Below are positions 1 through 8,239 of a stretch of DNA of 64,000 nt, in pieces. The position numbers and the translations under genes are program-made. Below the pieces are notes generated by a model, which had not been told where the DNA came from, did not search any database, and saw only the letters and a program-made list of their open reading frames with translations. This DNA is from a virus. The stretch's first letter is position 1, and every line of letters starts with the position of its first letter. The DNA is taken from the IMG/VR virus record IMGVR_UViG_3300047333_000104, positions 3,649 through 67,648 of that record. One strand, written 5' to 3'.

Positions 1-155
1 TTCCCATTAACGTCGCGCGCACAGTTTTCCCAAAGGCCGGACAGATAACAGCCGGACTCCAGCTTGTCTGCCGTCTCGCGCAAGATCCGCGCCAGCTCCG
101 AGGCGGGGTTGTCGTCGAAGGCGGAGTTATCGGTTTCGATTTGCATCTCGAACAT
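1..155 (-). CDS. Small phage protein, 3' end truncated by window edge
   Basis: ATG at 155; MFEMQIETDNSAFDDNPASELARILRETADKL...RDVNG resembles a common small phage protein; follows the stop of 158..592. Confidence 0.7.
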   Translation of the reverse strand, partial: MFEMQIETDNSAFDDNPASELARILRETADKLESGCYLSGLWENCARDVNG

Positions 156-157
156 GA

Positions 158-592
158 TCAATAATCCTGAAAAGCTACGCGAAGATCGGCTTTACGACTG
201 TCGGTCCCACAACCGAGCGAATCAGCCCAACCCTCAAAGTTCGAATAGTCGATAACGTCACTATCCGTGACGAGCGAGTAAAGCACGTCTTCCGGTTTCG
301 GGAGGATCGGCACCGCCCGCTTGCCGAGATAGCGCTCGGGGTACGTCACGCCATTCTCGCACTCAGACCGGATAGCCGCGTCATAGGCCGTCGTCCAACG
401 AGCGTTTTGCTGGTAGTTCGGGCAATGCCCGATCCCGGCGCTGTAGTCGGTTGTCAGGATATCCCGGCCGTCTTTAACGAGCGTGACTTTCCAGTTCAAC
501 GACATATCTTTGGCGTTGCGCGAATGACTAAACGGAACGAACTCGGCGCGGACGGTAAGACCGTGGGCGGCCATGGCTTCGGAAGGACTCAT
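158..592 (-). CDS. Hypothetical phage protein (144 aa)
   Basis: GGAGTCAAAGATT-ATG leader at 592; WKVTL...DYSAGIGHCP...DVLYSLVTDSDVIDY..FE.WA motif. Confidence 0.75.
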   Translation of the reverse strand: MSPSEAMAAHGLTVRAEFVPFSHSRNAKDMSLNWKVTLVKDGRDILTTDYSAGIGHCPNYQQNARWTTAYDAAIRSECENGVTYPERYLGKRAVPILPKPEDVLYSLVTDSDVIDYSNFEGWADSLGCGTDSRKADLRVAFQDY

Positions 593-671
593 AATCTTTG
601 ACTCCTCGTTAACTTTCAACACTGTAACACCGCAGCGTTACACTAGCAAGCGTAAATCAATCCATCGTCGC
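588..671. repeat. 84-bp direct repeat, copy 1 (gene end + promoter + RBS + start)
   Basis: 82/84 identical to 2322..2405. Confidence 0.95.
621..649 (-). promoter_or_regulatory. Class I early promoter TTGCTA-17-TACAGT with TGTAAC-N8-GTTACA palindrome
   Basis: -35 at 649-644, -10 at 626-621, palindrome 623-642; recurs at 2355-2383 and 5040-5069. Confidence 0.7.
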
Positions 672-1284
672 CCATATACAAATCGACCTGGCCGTAACAC
701 CGCGCTGCGTCCTGAAGCTTGTCGCCAAGCTCGCCGCAACCGCGATCGAAGAACCCGGCACCGTGACCGTTACGGGACAGCCAGAAGTCATGCCCGGCTT
801 GCTCAATGCTCAGACCCGCGGCCTCAACCGTCACGGACCACTCGGACAGGAACGACTCGCAGTCGGACTCGGCGGCCGCCCAAACGTCATCGGACAATTC
901 CGCCTCGGTCTGATCAAGCGGCGTTCCGTCGTCCGCGCTGGAAGCCCATAGGGCGCATTCGACGTAAGCCGACACGAACGAACCTAGCTCGGCGCTATCG
1001 GTGAGCTCGGCGCGCGGGAAAGTCTCCCGGACCGCGGCTTTAGCGGCCGTCAACGAACGGGCGCGCACGAAGCATTCGTTATCGTGGACCGTGTCGGTGG
1101 CGCGGTATATCCATTCGCCCGAGGCATGTCCCCAATATGCGCCGCCTTCGTCGTAATCGCCGTCAACCCAGCGGAGGCGGGTTATCTCGAACAGACCCGT
1201 CGACTCGACGTCAGTGATCGTATTACGCCGGCCCATGTCCGCGCCGTAACGTGATCTGACGGAGGGAAGCGAGGGAACGGTCAT
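643..1284 (-). CDS. Hypothetical phage protein (213 aa)
   Basis: Long ORF, ATGA-coupled to upstream gene; YDEGGAYWG and [19 protein letters not shown] motifs typical of phage hypotheticals. Confidence 0.8.
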   Translation of the reverse strand: MTVPSLPSVRSRYGADMGRRNTITDVESTGLFEITRLRWVDGDYDEGGAYWGHASGEWIYRATDTVHDNECFVRARSLTAAKAAVRETFPRAELTDSAELGSFVSAYVECALWASSADDGTPLDQTEAELSDDVWAAAESDCESFLSEWSVTVEAAGLSIEQAGHDFWLSRNGHGAGFFDRGCGELGDKLQDAARCYGQVDLYMGDDGLIYAC

Positions 1285-1844
1285 GACGCCGACTCCTCGG
1301 TAACACGAGATTGATGTGCCTTGGCCAGCGCCAGAATCGCCGGCTTAAACAGCTTCCACTCGGCCGGATCGCCGCCGAACGCTTCGATATCGGACGGCTT
1401 GAACGCGCGCCATTCGGCCGAAAGATGAACTTGGCAACCGATCTTAATATGAGCATCGGTAATCATCACGTCGTACGAACCGCCTAGGAAGAAAACGGGC
1501 GGGATTGAGCATTTCTGATTACTGCGCAGATTGGCGCCGCGCAGATTGGCGCCGCGCAGATTGGCGCCGCGCAGATCGGCGCCGTACAGATTGGCGCCGC
1601 CCAGATCGGCGCCGTACAGATTGGCGCCGCGCAGATCGGCGCCGCCCAGATTGGCGCCGCGCAGATCGGCGCCGCGCAGATCGGCGCCGCGCAGATCGGC
1701 GCCGCCCAGATCGGCGCACTCCTTTATTGCCCATTTGACGGCAAGCTCAAGCTTGAGTGAAGGCGACGCGTCGAGAGGGCAATCAATCTCTGCCGTGAAC
1801 TGAACAGCGCCAGAGAACCGGTTGAAAACGTCGAATTTAATCAT
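1281..1844 (-). CDS. Pentapeptide repeat protein
   Basis: About 14 A(D/N)LxG repeats ([15 protein letters not shown]...) at about 1520-1720; GGAGTCAC leader. Confidence 0.92.
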   Translation of the reverse strand: MIKFDVFNRFSGAVQFTAEIDCPLDASPSLKLELAVKWAIKECADLGGADLRGADLRGADLRGANLGGADLRGANLYGADLGGANLYGADLRGANLRGANLRGANLRSNQKCSIPPVFFLGGSYDVMITDAHIKIGCQVHLSAEWRAFKPSDIEAFGGDPAEWKLFKPAILALAKAHQSRVTEESAS

Positions 1845-1865
1845 AATCGTGACTCCAACAGAATG

Positions 1866-1955
1866 TTAGCGGCGAAGCGTGGCATAACCTCGCTTGATGA
1901 AAAGGATACGGTAACCGGCGGCAAGGAAGCGCCGGCAGTTTTTGCAGTTGCACAT
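1866..1955 (-). CDS. Possible 29-aa basic peptide with CxCxxC
   Basis: MCNCKNCRRFLAAGYRILFIKRGYATLRR exactly fills the intergenic gap; no clear RBS. Confidence 0.4.
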   Translation of the reverse strand: MCNCKNCRRFLAAGYRILFIKRGYATLRR

Positions 1956-1957
1956 GA

Positions 1958-2326
1958 CTAAACCGCCTGAAAAACGGTGAACCCTGCCTCGCGCAAATGC
2001 CAGTCCCAGTGATGACCGTCATCGTGCGAAAGCGTGGCCTTAAACTTAATCACCCCCAAAACAGTTTCGACGGGCGGCGCGAATTGATCAGAGGCCGGAG
2101 TCTGGATCTTCGACACTGCGTGCCCGATAGCCGCCGATACGCGGTCATACCCGCCGCCTCCGGCAAAGCCTTGGACCATCTCCAAGCCGATCCAATGGAC
2201 GTACGCGGTCACGCGGGCGCCGTACTTAACGGCGATGGTGGCAACGCGCTCACCGCCCTTGCAGATGACATAAGCGTCCACATTGGCGAACGTTGCATCG
2301 TGCTTTTCGTAAATCGACTTGCTCAT
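1958..2326 (-). CDS. Hypothetical phage protein (122 aa)
   Basis: GGAGTCAAAGATT-ATG; G.AGGGGYDR.SAA motif. Confidence 0.8.
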   Translation of the reverse strand: MSKSIYEKHDATFANVDAYVICKGGERVATIAVKYGARVTAYVHWIGLEMVQGFAGGGGYDRVSAAIGHAVSKIQTPASDQFAPPVETVLGVIKFKATLSHDDGHHWDWHLREAGFTVFQAV

Positions 2327-2405
2327 AATCTTTGACTCCTCGTTAACTCTCAACACTGTAACACCGTAGCGTTACACTAGCAAGCGTAAATCAATCCATC
2401 GTCGC
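2322..2405. repeat. 84-bp direct repeat, copy 2
   Basis: 82/84 identical to 588..671; contains the same promoter (2355-2383). Confidence 0.95.
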
Positions 2406-2461
2406 GGGTGTCCGAAGAGGACCAAAGCGCGCGGCGTTGAAGATGCTCATTTGTGCCCAGG

Positions 2462-3136
2462 TCAGCATGACACCAGTAGATCCGTGAGCTTGTCCGCCAT
2501 GCGATCATGGCATTCCGCTTTGGCGTCGGCGGCGTCGGCGGCGTAGGTGGCGGCGTAGGTGGCGTAAGCGGCGTAGGCGGCGGCGGCGGCGGCGGCGTCG
2601 GCGGCGCGGGTGGCGCGGGTGGCGCGGGTGGCGCGGGTGGCGCGGGTGGCGCGGGTGGCGCGGGTGGCGCGGGTGGCGGCGCTCTTACGCGCGGAAACCC
2701 ATTCATCGCGGGCGGGCTTGTCTCCGGCGACCCAGCGGCGATAGAGTCCTCCGACTTCAGAGAGCGCAGAATTCGCTCCAGCCGATTTTGTGCGTTGCGG
2801 CATTTCTTCGGTTAGCAGCCATAAGGCGAAGCGGGGCCACACCATGGCGAGGTCAGCACCTGGGCGGATGGCGCCCATGAACCGCGCGGGCCACTCCATG
2901 GCGGCGGCATTCGGAAGCCCCTCAAACAGGCGGTCTTCCAGATGGGCCAGCACGCGCGGAATACCGAAGCGGCTTTCGTACTCGGCATGGTTTCCGCTAT
3001 GCAGAGTGCAGCCGACGGCGCACCCCTTGCCCTCTTGCCAGTAACGGTCTTTGACGAGTTGGTCCGCAGCACGATGCGCGTCGAGCTGGGCGAGGATATC
3101 GGCCTTGATCTGCGGGTCGGAATGATATGCAAGCAT
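2462..3136 (-). CDS. Hypothetical phage protein with Ala-rich repeat C-terminus
   Basis: 224 aa; GGAG RBS; KGCAVGCTLH...GIP motif; (ATR)8 and AAY repeats. Confidence 0.85.
   Translation of the reverse strand: MLAYHSDPQIKADILAQLDAHRAADQLVKDRYWQEGKGCAVGCTLHSGNHAEYESRFGIPRVLAHLEDRLFEGLPNAAAMEWPARFMGAIRPGADLAMVWPRFALWLLTEEMPQRTKSAGANSALSEVGGLYRRWVAGDKPARDEWVSARKSAATRATRATRATRATRATRATRATRAADAAAAAAAYAAYATYAATYAADAADAKAECHDRMADKLTDLLVSC
2604..2675. repeat. Perfect 9-bp x8 tandem repeat (GCGCGGGTG) encoding (Ala-Thr-Arg)8
   Basis: Eight identical units read directly. Confidence 0.95.
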
Positions 3137-3150
3137 GTGATTGTCTCCAT

Positions 3151-3204
3151 AGGCTCATCAGTGTCGGCTTATACCGACAGACGGCGCGGTGCGCCGTTTC
3201 GCCT
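3151..3204 (-). ncRNA. Type II hammerhead self-cleaving ribozyme
   Basis: Minus strand reads AGGC GAAAC GGCGC ACC GCGCC GUC UGUCGG UAUAAG CCGACA CUGAUGA GCCU. Core CUGAUGA, GAAA and GUC triplet are intact. Stems I (6 bp), II (4 bp, open) and III (7 bp) are fully Watson-Crick. Confidence 0.93.
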
Positions 3205-3245
3205 TACGCCCAGCAACGCGTGAAAACGCGGATCATTGAGGATGC

Positions 3246-3539
3246 TTATTCGTCCCTCCAGTACTGCAAGCCGTCATTGCAGGAGTAGCCAATCTTTCCC
3301 GGTAGGTAGACTGGCGTGACGACGACTTGCCCGTTTGACGATATGCCTACCGAAGAGGTAGACGAGCCAGTCATGTGCCCGATTACGCGGCATTCGTGCG
3401 CAGCGGCGAACGCTTCCCACTTGCGGTTTTCTTGTGCGGCGGCGTAGAAGATTAAACCGATAACTGCGACGGTGCCGGCGCTAATACCCCAAATCGGCCA
3501 GTCGTAGCGCAGGTGGTCCCAGAAGCGAGCGAGCATCAT
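3246..3539 (-). CDS. Small membrane protein
   Basis: One TM segment (WPIWGISAGTVAVIGLIFYAAA); paired Cys. Confidence 0.75.
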   Translation of the reverse strand: MMLARFWDHLRYDWPIWGISAGTVAVIGLIFYAAAQENRKWEAFAAAHECRVIGHMTGSSTSSVGISSNGQVVVTPVYLPGKIGYSCNDGLQYWRDE

Positions 3540-3784
3540 GCAATCTCCAATTCAGCGGCTTCCAGCTTAGACCGGCTTTGGCCGATCCAATCACCGCAGA
3601 AGCGCGCGACCACGCCAATGCCTTGCAACGATCCGTTGTTCCACGCGTCCCGCCGCGCCTCCGCGATAGCCTGTTGTTCGTCAAACTGATGGGGCGAGAC
3701 GTGTCCGAAGCCTTCGTCATTTTCCCAAGGGGGCGGAGCGGACTCGTCGACGATGATGACACGGGAAATGGTGACTTTAGTCAT
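3536..3784 (-). CDS. Hypothetical protein (82 aa)
   Basis: TAGGAGTCAACATC-ATG leader; PPPWEN.EGFG.VS motif. Confidence 0.75.
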   Translation of the reverse strand: MTKVTISRVIIVDESAPPPWENDEGFGHVSPHQFDEQQAIAEARRDAWNNGSLQGIGVVARFCGDWIGQSRSKLEAAELEIA

Positions 3785-3806
3785 GATGTTGACTCCTAGT
3801 TAGCGA

Positions 3807-4313
3807 TCAGACAACTGACCAAATCTCAGTCAGGCGGCCCTTGCCGTCCGCGACGTACAGGCTAGCGTTCCCGTGATCGTTGATATGCAGCACTTCGCCT
3901 GAATAGTCCGCCGGAACCTCGCTGGTATCGCTCACGCGCAACCCATCGAAGTCGTCCAGCGCGCCATCCGACAGCCAGAAGCCGAAGTCCGCGCCGTCAC
4001 CTTCCAACGTGCCGAAGTAGCCATAGGGCGGCGCGAAGTACGAGCTGAGGCAGTCAATCATCTCGTCGACCAGCGCGGAACCCGACTCCTCATCCGAGTC
4101 GCTATCGTCATCGTAAGCGTCCAGCCAAGCGTCCGCTTCCGCCAGCACGGCGAGCAACCTAGCGCCCTCTTCGTAATAGGCGTCATTGGGGGGCAGGTTG
4201 GCGTAGTTCGCGGACACAAGGGTGCGCAGTTCGCTCGCGAAGGCGTCCAGCAAGTCGGATGTGCGAAGCGTGCCGGAAGAGACGGAACCGAAGGAAGCGT
4301 ATTTGAAGGGCAT
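3807..4313 (-). CDS. Acidic hypothetical phage protein (paralog of N-terminal part of 10053..10898)
   Basis: GSVSSGTLRT.DLL, APPYGYFG, DFGFW motifs; GGAGTCAC leader. Confidence 0.8.
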   Translation of the reverse strand: MPFKYASFGSVSSGTLRTSDLLDAFASELRTLVSANYANLPPNDAYYEEGARLLAVLAEADAWLDAYDDDSDSDEESGSALVDEMIDCLSSYFAPPYGYFGTLEGDGADFGFWLSDGALDDFDGLRVSDTSEVPADYSGEVLHINDHGNASLYVADGKGRLTEIWSVV

Positions 4314-4406
4314 AATGGTGACTCCCAGTTAGCGTTGAAATGATCCTAGGTAAGAGGCGGGTACCTGTTCCGCCCCTTGGCTAGAGCCATCGCCTGTCCT
4401 CGCCTG

Positions 4407-4733
4407 TCACGGATGCATAAAGAACCCCCTGTCCCCACACGCTTCCATGCCAGCGGTGTTAGACCGTTTCGGATGCTTCGGCAGATAGGTGCAAAGGTAC
4501 TGGCCGAACCGATCCTTGGTGCACTCGTAACCGCCGTTGGCCCAATAGACTGCCTTGCCGGCGTCGATAGCCGCTTTAGCCTCTTCCAGCGTCAGGGCGG
4601 TGCCAAAGTCGCACACTTCGATCTTATGCGAACCGCACTTGGGGCAAGGGAGTGAGCCATCGTTGGGGACAGCCACGGATTGACCAGTAAAGTCACGGCG
4701 GCAAGCTTCGCAACGGGCTACGTAGTGGAACAT
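4407..4733 (-). CDS. Zn-ribbon-containing hypothetical protein
   Basis: CEAC...CPKC; GGAGTCAC leader. Confidence 0.7.
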   Translation of the reverse strand: MFHYVARCEACRRDFTGQSVAVPNDGSLPCPKCGSHKIEVCDFGTALTLEEAKAAIDAGKAVYWANGGYECTKDRFGQYLCTYLPKHPKRSNTAGMEACGDRGFFMHP

Positions 4734-4763
4734 TTGGGTGACTCCTAATTAGCGTTGATCGAC

Positions 4764-5012
4764 TTAGCATTCCCCGTAGATATAGCCTTCGGGTTCCCGC
4801 CACACTTGCCAGCAGCCCCTGCCGGAATTGTCTAGCGTATGCACTTCGCAAACCCAGTCAGAGTCCAGCTGGCGGACAAAGGAGTACGCGACAATCTCGT
4901 CACGTTGTCCCCACTTGGCCTCGATTTCCTTCACATAGGCGATAGCCTCTTCCGCGGTTAGGGTAGGCTTATCGCGACGGAGAAGAGAACGGAGGGAAGA
5001 GAAGAGGCGCAT
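4764..5012 (-). CDS. Hypothetical protein (82 aa)
   Basis: AAGGAGTCAAACAA-ATG; ends in VW.E..G.IYGEC. Confidence 0.75.
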   Translation of the reverse strand: MRLFSSLRSLLRRDKPTLTAEEAIAYVKEIEAKWGQRDEIVAYSFVRQLDSDWVCEVHTLDNSGRGCWQVWREPEGYIYGEC

Positions 5013-5039
5013 TTGTTTGACTCCTTGTTCGATTTCAGT

Positions 5040-5069
5040 AGTGTAACATCGATGCGTTACGGATAGCAA
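5040..5069 (-). promoter_or_regulatory. Class I early promoter, third copy (TTGCTA-18-TACACT)
   Basis: Same TGTAAC-N8-GTTAC arrangement as 621-649. Confidence 0.65.
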
Positions 5070-5119
5070 TGGCTATTTCGCACCAGGCGCCGACTATTTT
5101 GTTCATGTTCTATTCCTGT

Positions 5120-5175
5120 CATATCGCCGGGTTATTCGGGCATATCGCCAGGTTATTCGGGCATATCGGTAGGTA
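5120..5175. repeat. 21-bp tandem repeat (about 2.7 copies, CATATCGCCRGGTTATTCGGG)
   Basis: Units at 5120-5140, 5141-5161 and degenerate 5162-; flanked by 9-bp inverted repeat 5101-5109/5184-5192. Confidence 0.85.
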
Positions 5176-5259
5176 TTACATGCAACATGAACCGACTAAC
5201 AATTGCCTGTGATACCAGCAATAGCGTATCGTTCCCGCCATGACGGAAAGGGGTTAATC

Positions 5260-5718
5260 ATGCCAGATGGACAAGGGAAAGCCGTGTCGGGATGGAGAGG
5301 GCCGGAAGGATCTAGACACCCGGGATTTACGCCCGGAACGAGCGGAAACCCTAGTGGGCGGTCGAAACATGATTTGAATCTCGCGAAAATTGCGCGTGAG
5401 CATACGCAAGAGGCAATCGACGTGATTCTTGAGGTCCTGCGGGACCCGGACGCCAAGCACTCCGCCAGGTTGACGGCGGCAGACATGCTTCTCAATCGGG
5501 GCTATGGCCGCGCGCCCGTCACCGTGCAAGTCGGGGATAGCTCCGACCAGCTCGACGCTTTCCGGGAGACGTTGCTAGAGGCGGTACAGCACGCGTCCAG
5601 CGGGTTGTCTAGCGTGACTGTCATCGATCAGGAGCCGGCCGTTGTGATCGTCCAGCCAGCTCCGGCGCCTTCAGCAGCCCCCGGTCTTATCCCGAAAGAC
5701 ATCACTCCCAAGAAATAA
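5260..5718 (+). CDS. Probable terminase small subunit (DUF5681-like)
   Basis: FTPGTSGNPSGRSK motif followed by helical RLTAADMLLNRGYGRAP; RBS GAAAGGGG. Confidence 0.7.
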   Translation: MPDGQGKAVSGWRGPEGSRHPGFTPGTSGNPSGRSKHDLNLAKIAREHTQEAIDVILEVLRDPDAKHSARLTAADMLLNRGYGRAPVTVQVGDSSDQLDAFRETLLEAVQHASSGLSSVTVIDQEPAVVIVQPAPAPSAAPGLIPKDITPKK

Positions 5719-5719
5719 G

Positions 5720-6460
5720 CGCTTGACAACAACGCTGTGTTGTGTCATACGCGCGTGCGCGCGTAACGGAGCTTTAGCAACGTTACACCCAAATGCGCCC
5801 TACCCCCGTGAAACAGCCTGCGCGGCTCGCTGGTAAGAGTCGACCACGTTTGGCTAGGGGGGTAGCTTAAAGGGTCCTTCTGCCGCTTCCTTGACGATCT
5901 CGCCGCCCGCTTGCCGGTATGCCCGGTAGGGGGTGAGGGCGAAGCCGCGGAAAAGGGAGACTCACGGCCCACCCCCTAGCGCGGATCGCAACTTTTCGAA
6001 ATCCGGGGTTCGATTAGGTTCGGGGCGTTATTGGCCGCTGCCGTTGCTGGTGATTGATTCGGAGGGCTACCGATCGAGAGGAGGACGGTCGAGCGTTTCC
6101 AATCGTCACGTCCCGTCCCCGTCGCTGGGCCCACTTCCACAGGTTTGACGATTTCTGCCGTTTTCCGGTTTCGGGTGAGGGTTTCTGCGGGTTTGACCTG
6201 CCGGCACCAGTTTTTCACCAGTTTTTCCTCCCTGTTTTGGAAGCGTATTTTTCAACAAAATCAACGCTCTGCTGTTTTATAACTCTCTTAACTAGCTATA
6301 GAAATTGATAGAAAGAGAGAATATATGTTGCATACCATATTACGCTGAGATACAGTCTGTTTAGGAATAAGAGTACCTATACATGTTTTAGTAGGCCGTA
6401 GTGGAATCAAACCAGTCATGTTTTCAGCGGCCGAAATCCTTTACGTTTTCAGCACCTTAT
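5720..6460. other. Non-coding structured and AT-rich block (candidate packaging site, genome end or origin)
   Basis: No credible ORF; palindrome 5748-5765; G/C-run hairpin 5927-5979; about 33% GC over 6241-6360. Confidence 0.45.
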
Positions 6461-6530
6461 GGACCCTTGGAGCATTTCTGGTACCGGGGCACCGTTCATG
6501 AAATGTTCTCCAAAAAAAAAGGACGGTACA

Positions 6531-6761
6531 ATGCGAGTAATTATAGACCTCCCGGAGGCCATCGATGATCACTTGAGCTATTTAATTAACGAGAGAGAGC
6601 GGGAGCGCCGGATCAGCACCTCTCCTTTGGCGGGAGCGCCTAAATTATCTCGTTCCGCGCTGCTCAAGGCGATTATTGAGATCGGGTTTGAGGGATTCAT
6701 AATGACCTATCCGACCGCCCAATCTCTGCTCCCCCTCCGTGGATGGGACCGCCGGAAATGA
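6531..6761 (+). CDS. Ribbon-helix-helix-like DNA-binding protein
   Basis: MRVIIDLPEAIDDHL...SRSALLKAII pattern. Confidence 0.55.
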   Translation: MRVIIDLPEAIDDHLSYLINERERERRISTSPLAGAPKLSRSALLKAIIEIGFEGFIMTYPTAQSLLPLRGWDRRK

Positions 6762-7366
6762 TCGTCTACGAGGTCGAGGCCCTTCGAAAGGGTCGTCGGA
6801 TTGGGATCGGGCGGAACGGGGATTTCGATAAAGCGTGGGGGCGGGCTTGCGAGATCGCACGCCTGGACCCTAACGAGCACTTTGTCGCCTTAGCCTATCT
6901 CACGATCTTGGAGCATTTTATCAGCAGGCCGAGAGGATATACCGCAAAAGCGTGTTTGTTCGAGGTTGACGGTCATGAGATAACTCTACGGTCGGAGCGG
7001 TTCGACGCGAAACACGGCGATCGGTTTCTCCGACAGCGGGAAAGACCGAAGCCACCTTTGCTTGTACTGCGAAAATCTCAAGTCGGACCGGGTCGAATGG
7101 CTCGCACGGTGGAAGAGTGGACACGGGCTGCGAGGGTTGAAGCGGGGTTGCCGGATAAGATGCTGGAACACCCGCTGCTGATCGAGCGAGAGAAGCGTGA
7201 GCATGGGACGCCTGCTTGGAGGCAATGCTGCATTCGCTATGCGGAAAAGAACGGGCGGGCAGTGGTTCTGAGGTCGAGTGATCGAGCGACGGTCATCACT
7301 TGGTTGCCGGGTTCCTCGAGCCCCGGAGAAGGCCCTCGGCGGCCATATGTGATTGAGAAAGACTGA
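6758..7366 (+). CDS. Hypothetical protein (202 aa)
   Basis: Long ORF, ATGA-coupled. Confidence 0.7.
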   Translation: MIVYEVEALRKGRRIGIGRNGDFDKAWGRACEIARLDPNEHFVALAYLTILEHFISRPRGYTAKACLFEVDGHEITLRSERFDAKHGDRFLRQRERPKPPLLVLRKSQVGPGRMARTVEEWTRAARVEAGLPDKMLEHPLLIEREKREHGTPAWRQCCIRYAEKNGRAVVLRSSDRATVITWLPGSSSPGEGPRRPYVIEKD

Positions 7367-7388
7367 ACCCTACGAACGGAGTCACATC

Positions 7389-7591
7389 ATGACCGAGATC
7401 TATCGCTACACTGCGGGCCGCTTGCTTGCTTGCTTGCTGACGACACCTAGAAGTATGAGGAGTTCGATCTCATGGAGAGCGCGCACTGGTTCACGACCGG
7501 CTATCCTGTCAGCACCATTCAGCTCAACGTGGCCGTTAGCGGCGATGCGATCATCCGGGCGTTGGCCGCCCAATCCGATAAGGAGTCATAA
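7389..7591 (+). pseudogene. Probable disrupted small gene
   Basis: (GCTT)4 at 7420-7435 shifts frame; the alternative frame has TAG at 7448 and then a plausible ORF ending at 7591. Confidence 0.4.
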
Positions 7592-7594
7592 GTC

Positions 7595-8236
7595 ATGGTC
7601 ATCGAATTGAGAGACTTTACCATCTACCTCGAGGACGAACTGCCGGTCACCGTCATGGGACGGATCGTGCTTCGCGAGGACGGCAAAGTCGAGTTCCCCG
7701 CGTCCTTTCCGCCTGAGAGCGCCGACAAGATCCTCGCCGCGTTCATGAGGTTTGTGGCGGCCCGTACGGTCGGCGGGGACGTCGATGCGCGCCGGGCGCT
7801 GTTCACCGAGGCGACCGGGCTTCACGGCTGCTTCACCCCGCGAAGCCGGCCCGAGATGTGGGAGACGATGTGCATCCAGCGCGACAAGATCAACGGCCTG
7901 AAGCAGCAGATGCGTGAGATGAAGCGGGGCTACGAGCGTAAGATCGCGCGCTTGGAGAAAGAATCCCCTGCGATCCGCTTCGCCCTCGCTAACTCCGTTC
8001 CGAAGACTTACTCGTATAAGATTACCGCTGAAGGTGCGGGCGAGAGCGGCATGGGTGGTGCTAGCGGAGGCCCTGGCGGCGACAGTCACCCGATGACCGC
8101 TAGTGAGAAGATGGGATTTGACGCGCAGCGGGCCGGAGTCCCACCGTGGGGTTGGTCGCCGTTGCGGGGGTCAGAGAATCGTAAGGAGTGGCTTAGAGGT
8201 TGGGATCGCGCGGCTGCTACGCCTAAGGAGTTGTGA
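7595..8236 (+). CDS. Hypothetical protein with coiled coil
   Basis: 213 aa, AAGGAG RBS. Confidence 0.75.
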   Translation: MVIELRDFTIYLEDELPVTVMGRIVLREDGKVEFPASFPPESADKILAAFMRFVAARTVGGDVDARRALFTEATGLHGCFTPRSRPEMWETMCIQRDKINGLKQQMREMKRGYERKIARLEKESPAIRFALANSVPKTYSYKITAEGAGESGMGGASGGPGGDSHPMTASEKMGFDAQRAGVPPWGWSPLRGSENRKEWLRGWDRAAATPKEL

Positions 8237-8239
8237 GTC

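Noticed and set aside
158-220. Possible internal deletion near the C-terminus (DSRKA directly joined to DLRVAFQDY)
   Set aside because: Based only on memory of longer homologues and cannot be shown from this sequence
1505-1803. RRADW/RRSAP repeat ORFs
   Set aside because: Other frames of the pentapeptide-repeat gene
2527-2690. Diversity-generating retroelement variable region
   Set aside because: No reverse transcriptase or template repeat in the window, and variation is not adenine-specific
5120-5175. CRISPR-like array
   Set aside because: Repeats are contiguous with no spacers; no cas genes; no CRISPR array seen anywhere in the window
7448-7450. In-frame TAG as a hint of stop-codon reassignment
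   Set aside because: Many clear genes end in TAG (e.g. at 24438 and 60543) and long genes are uninterrupted
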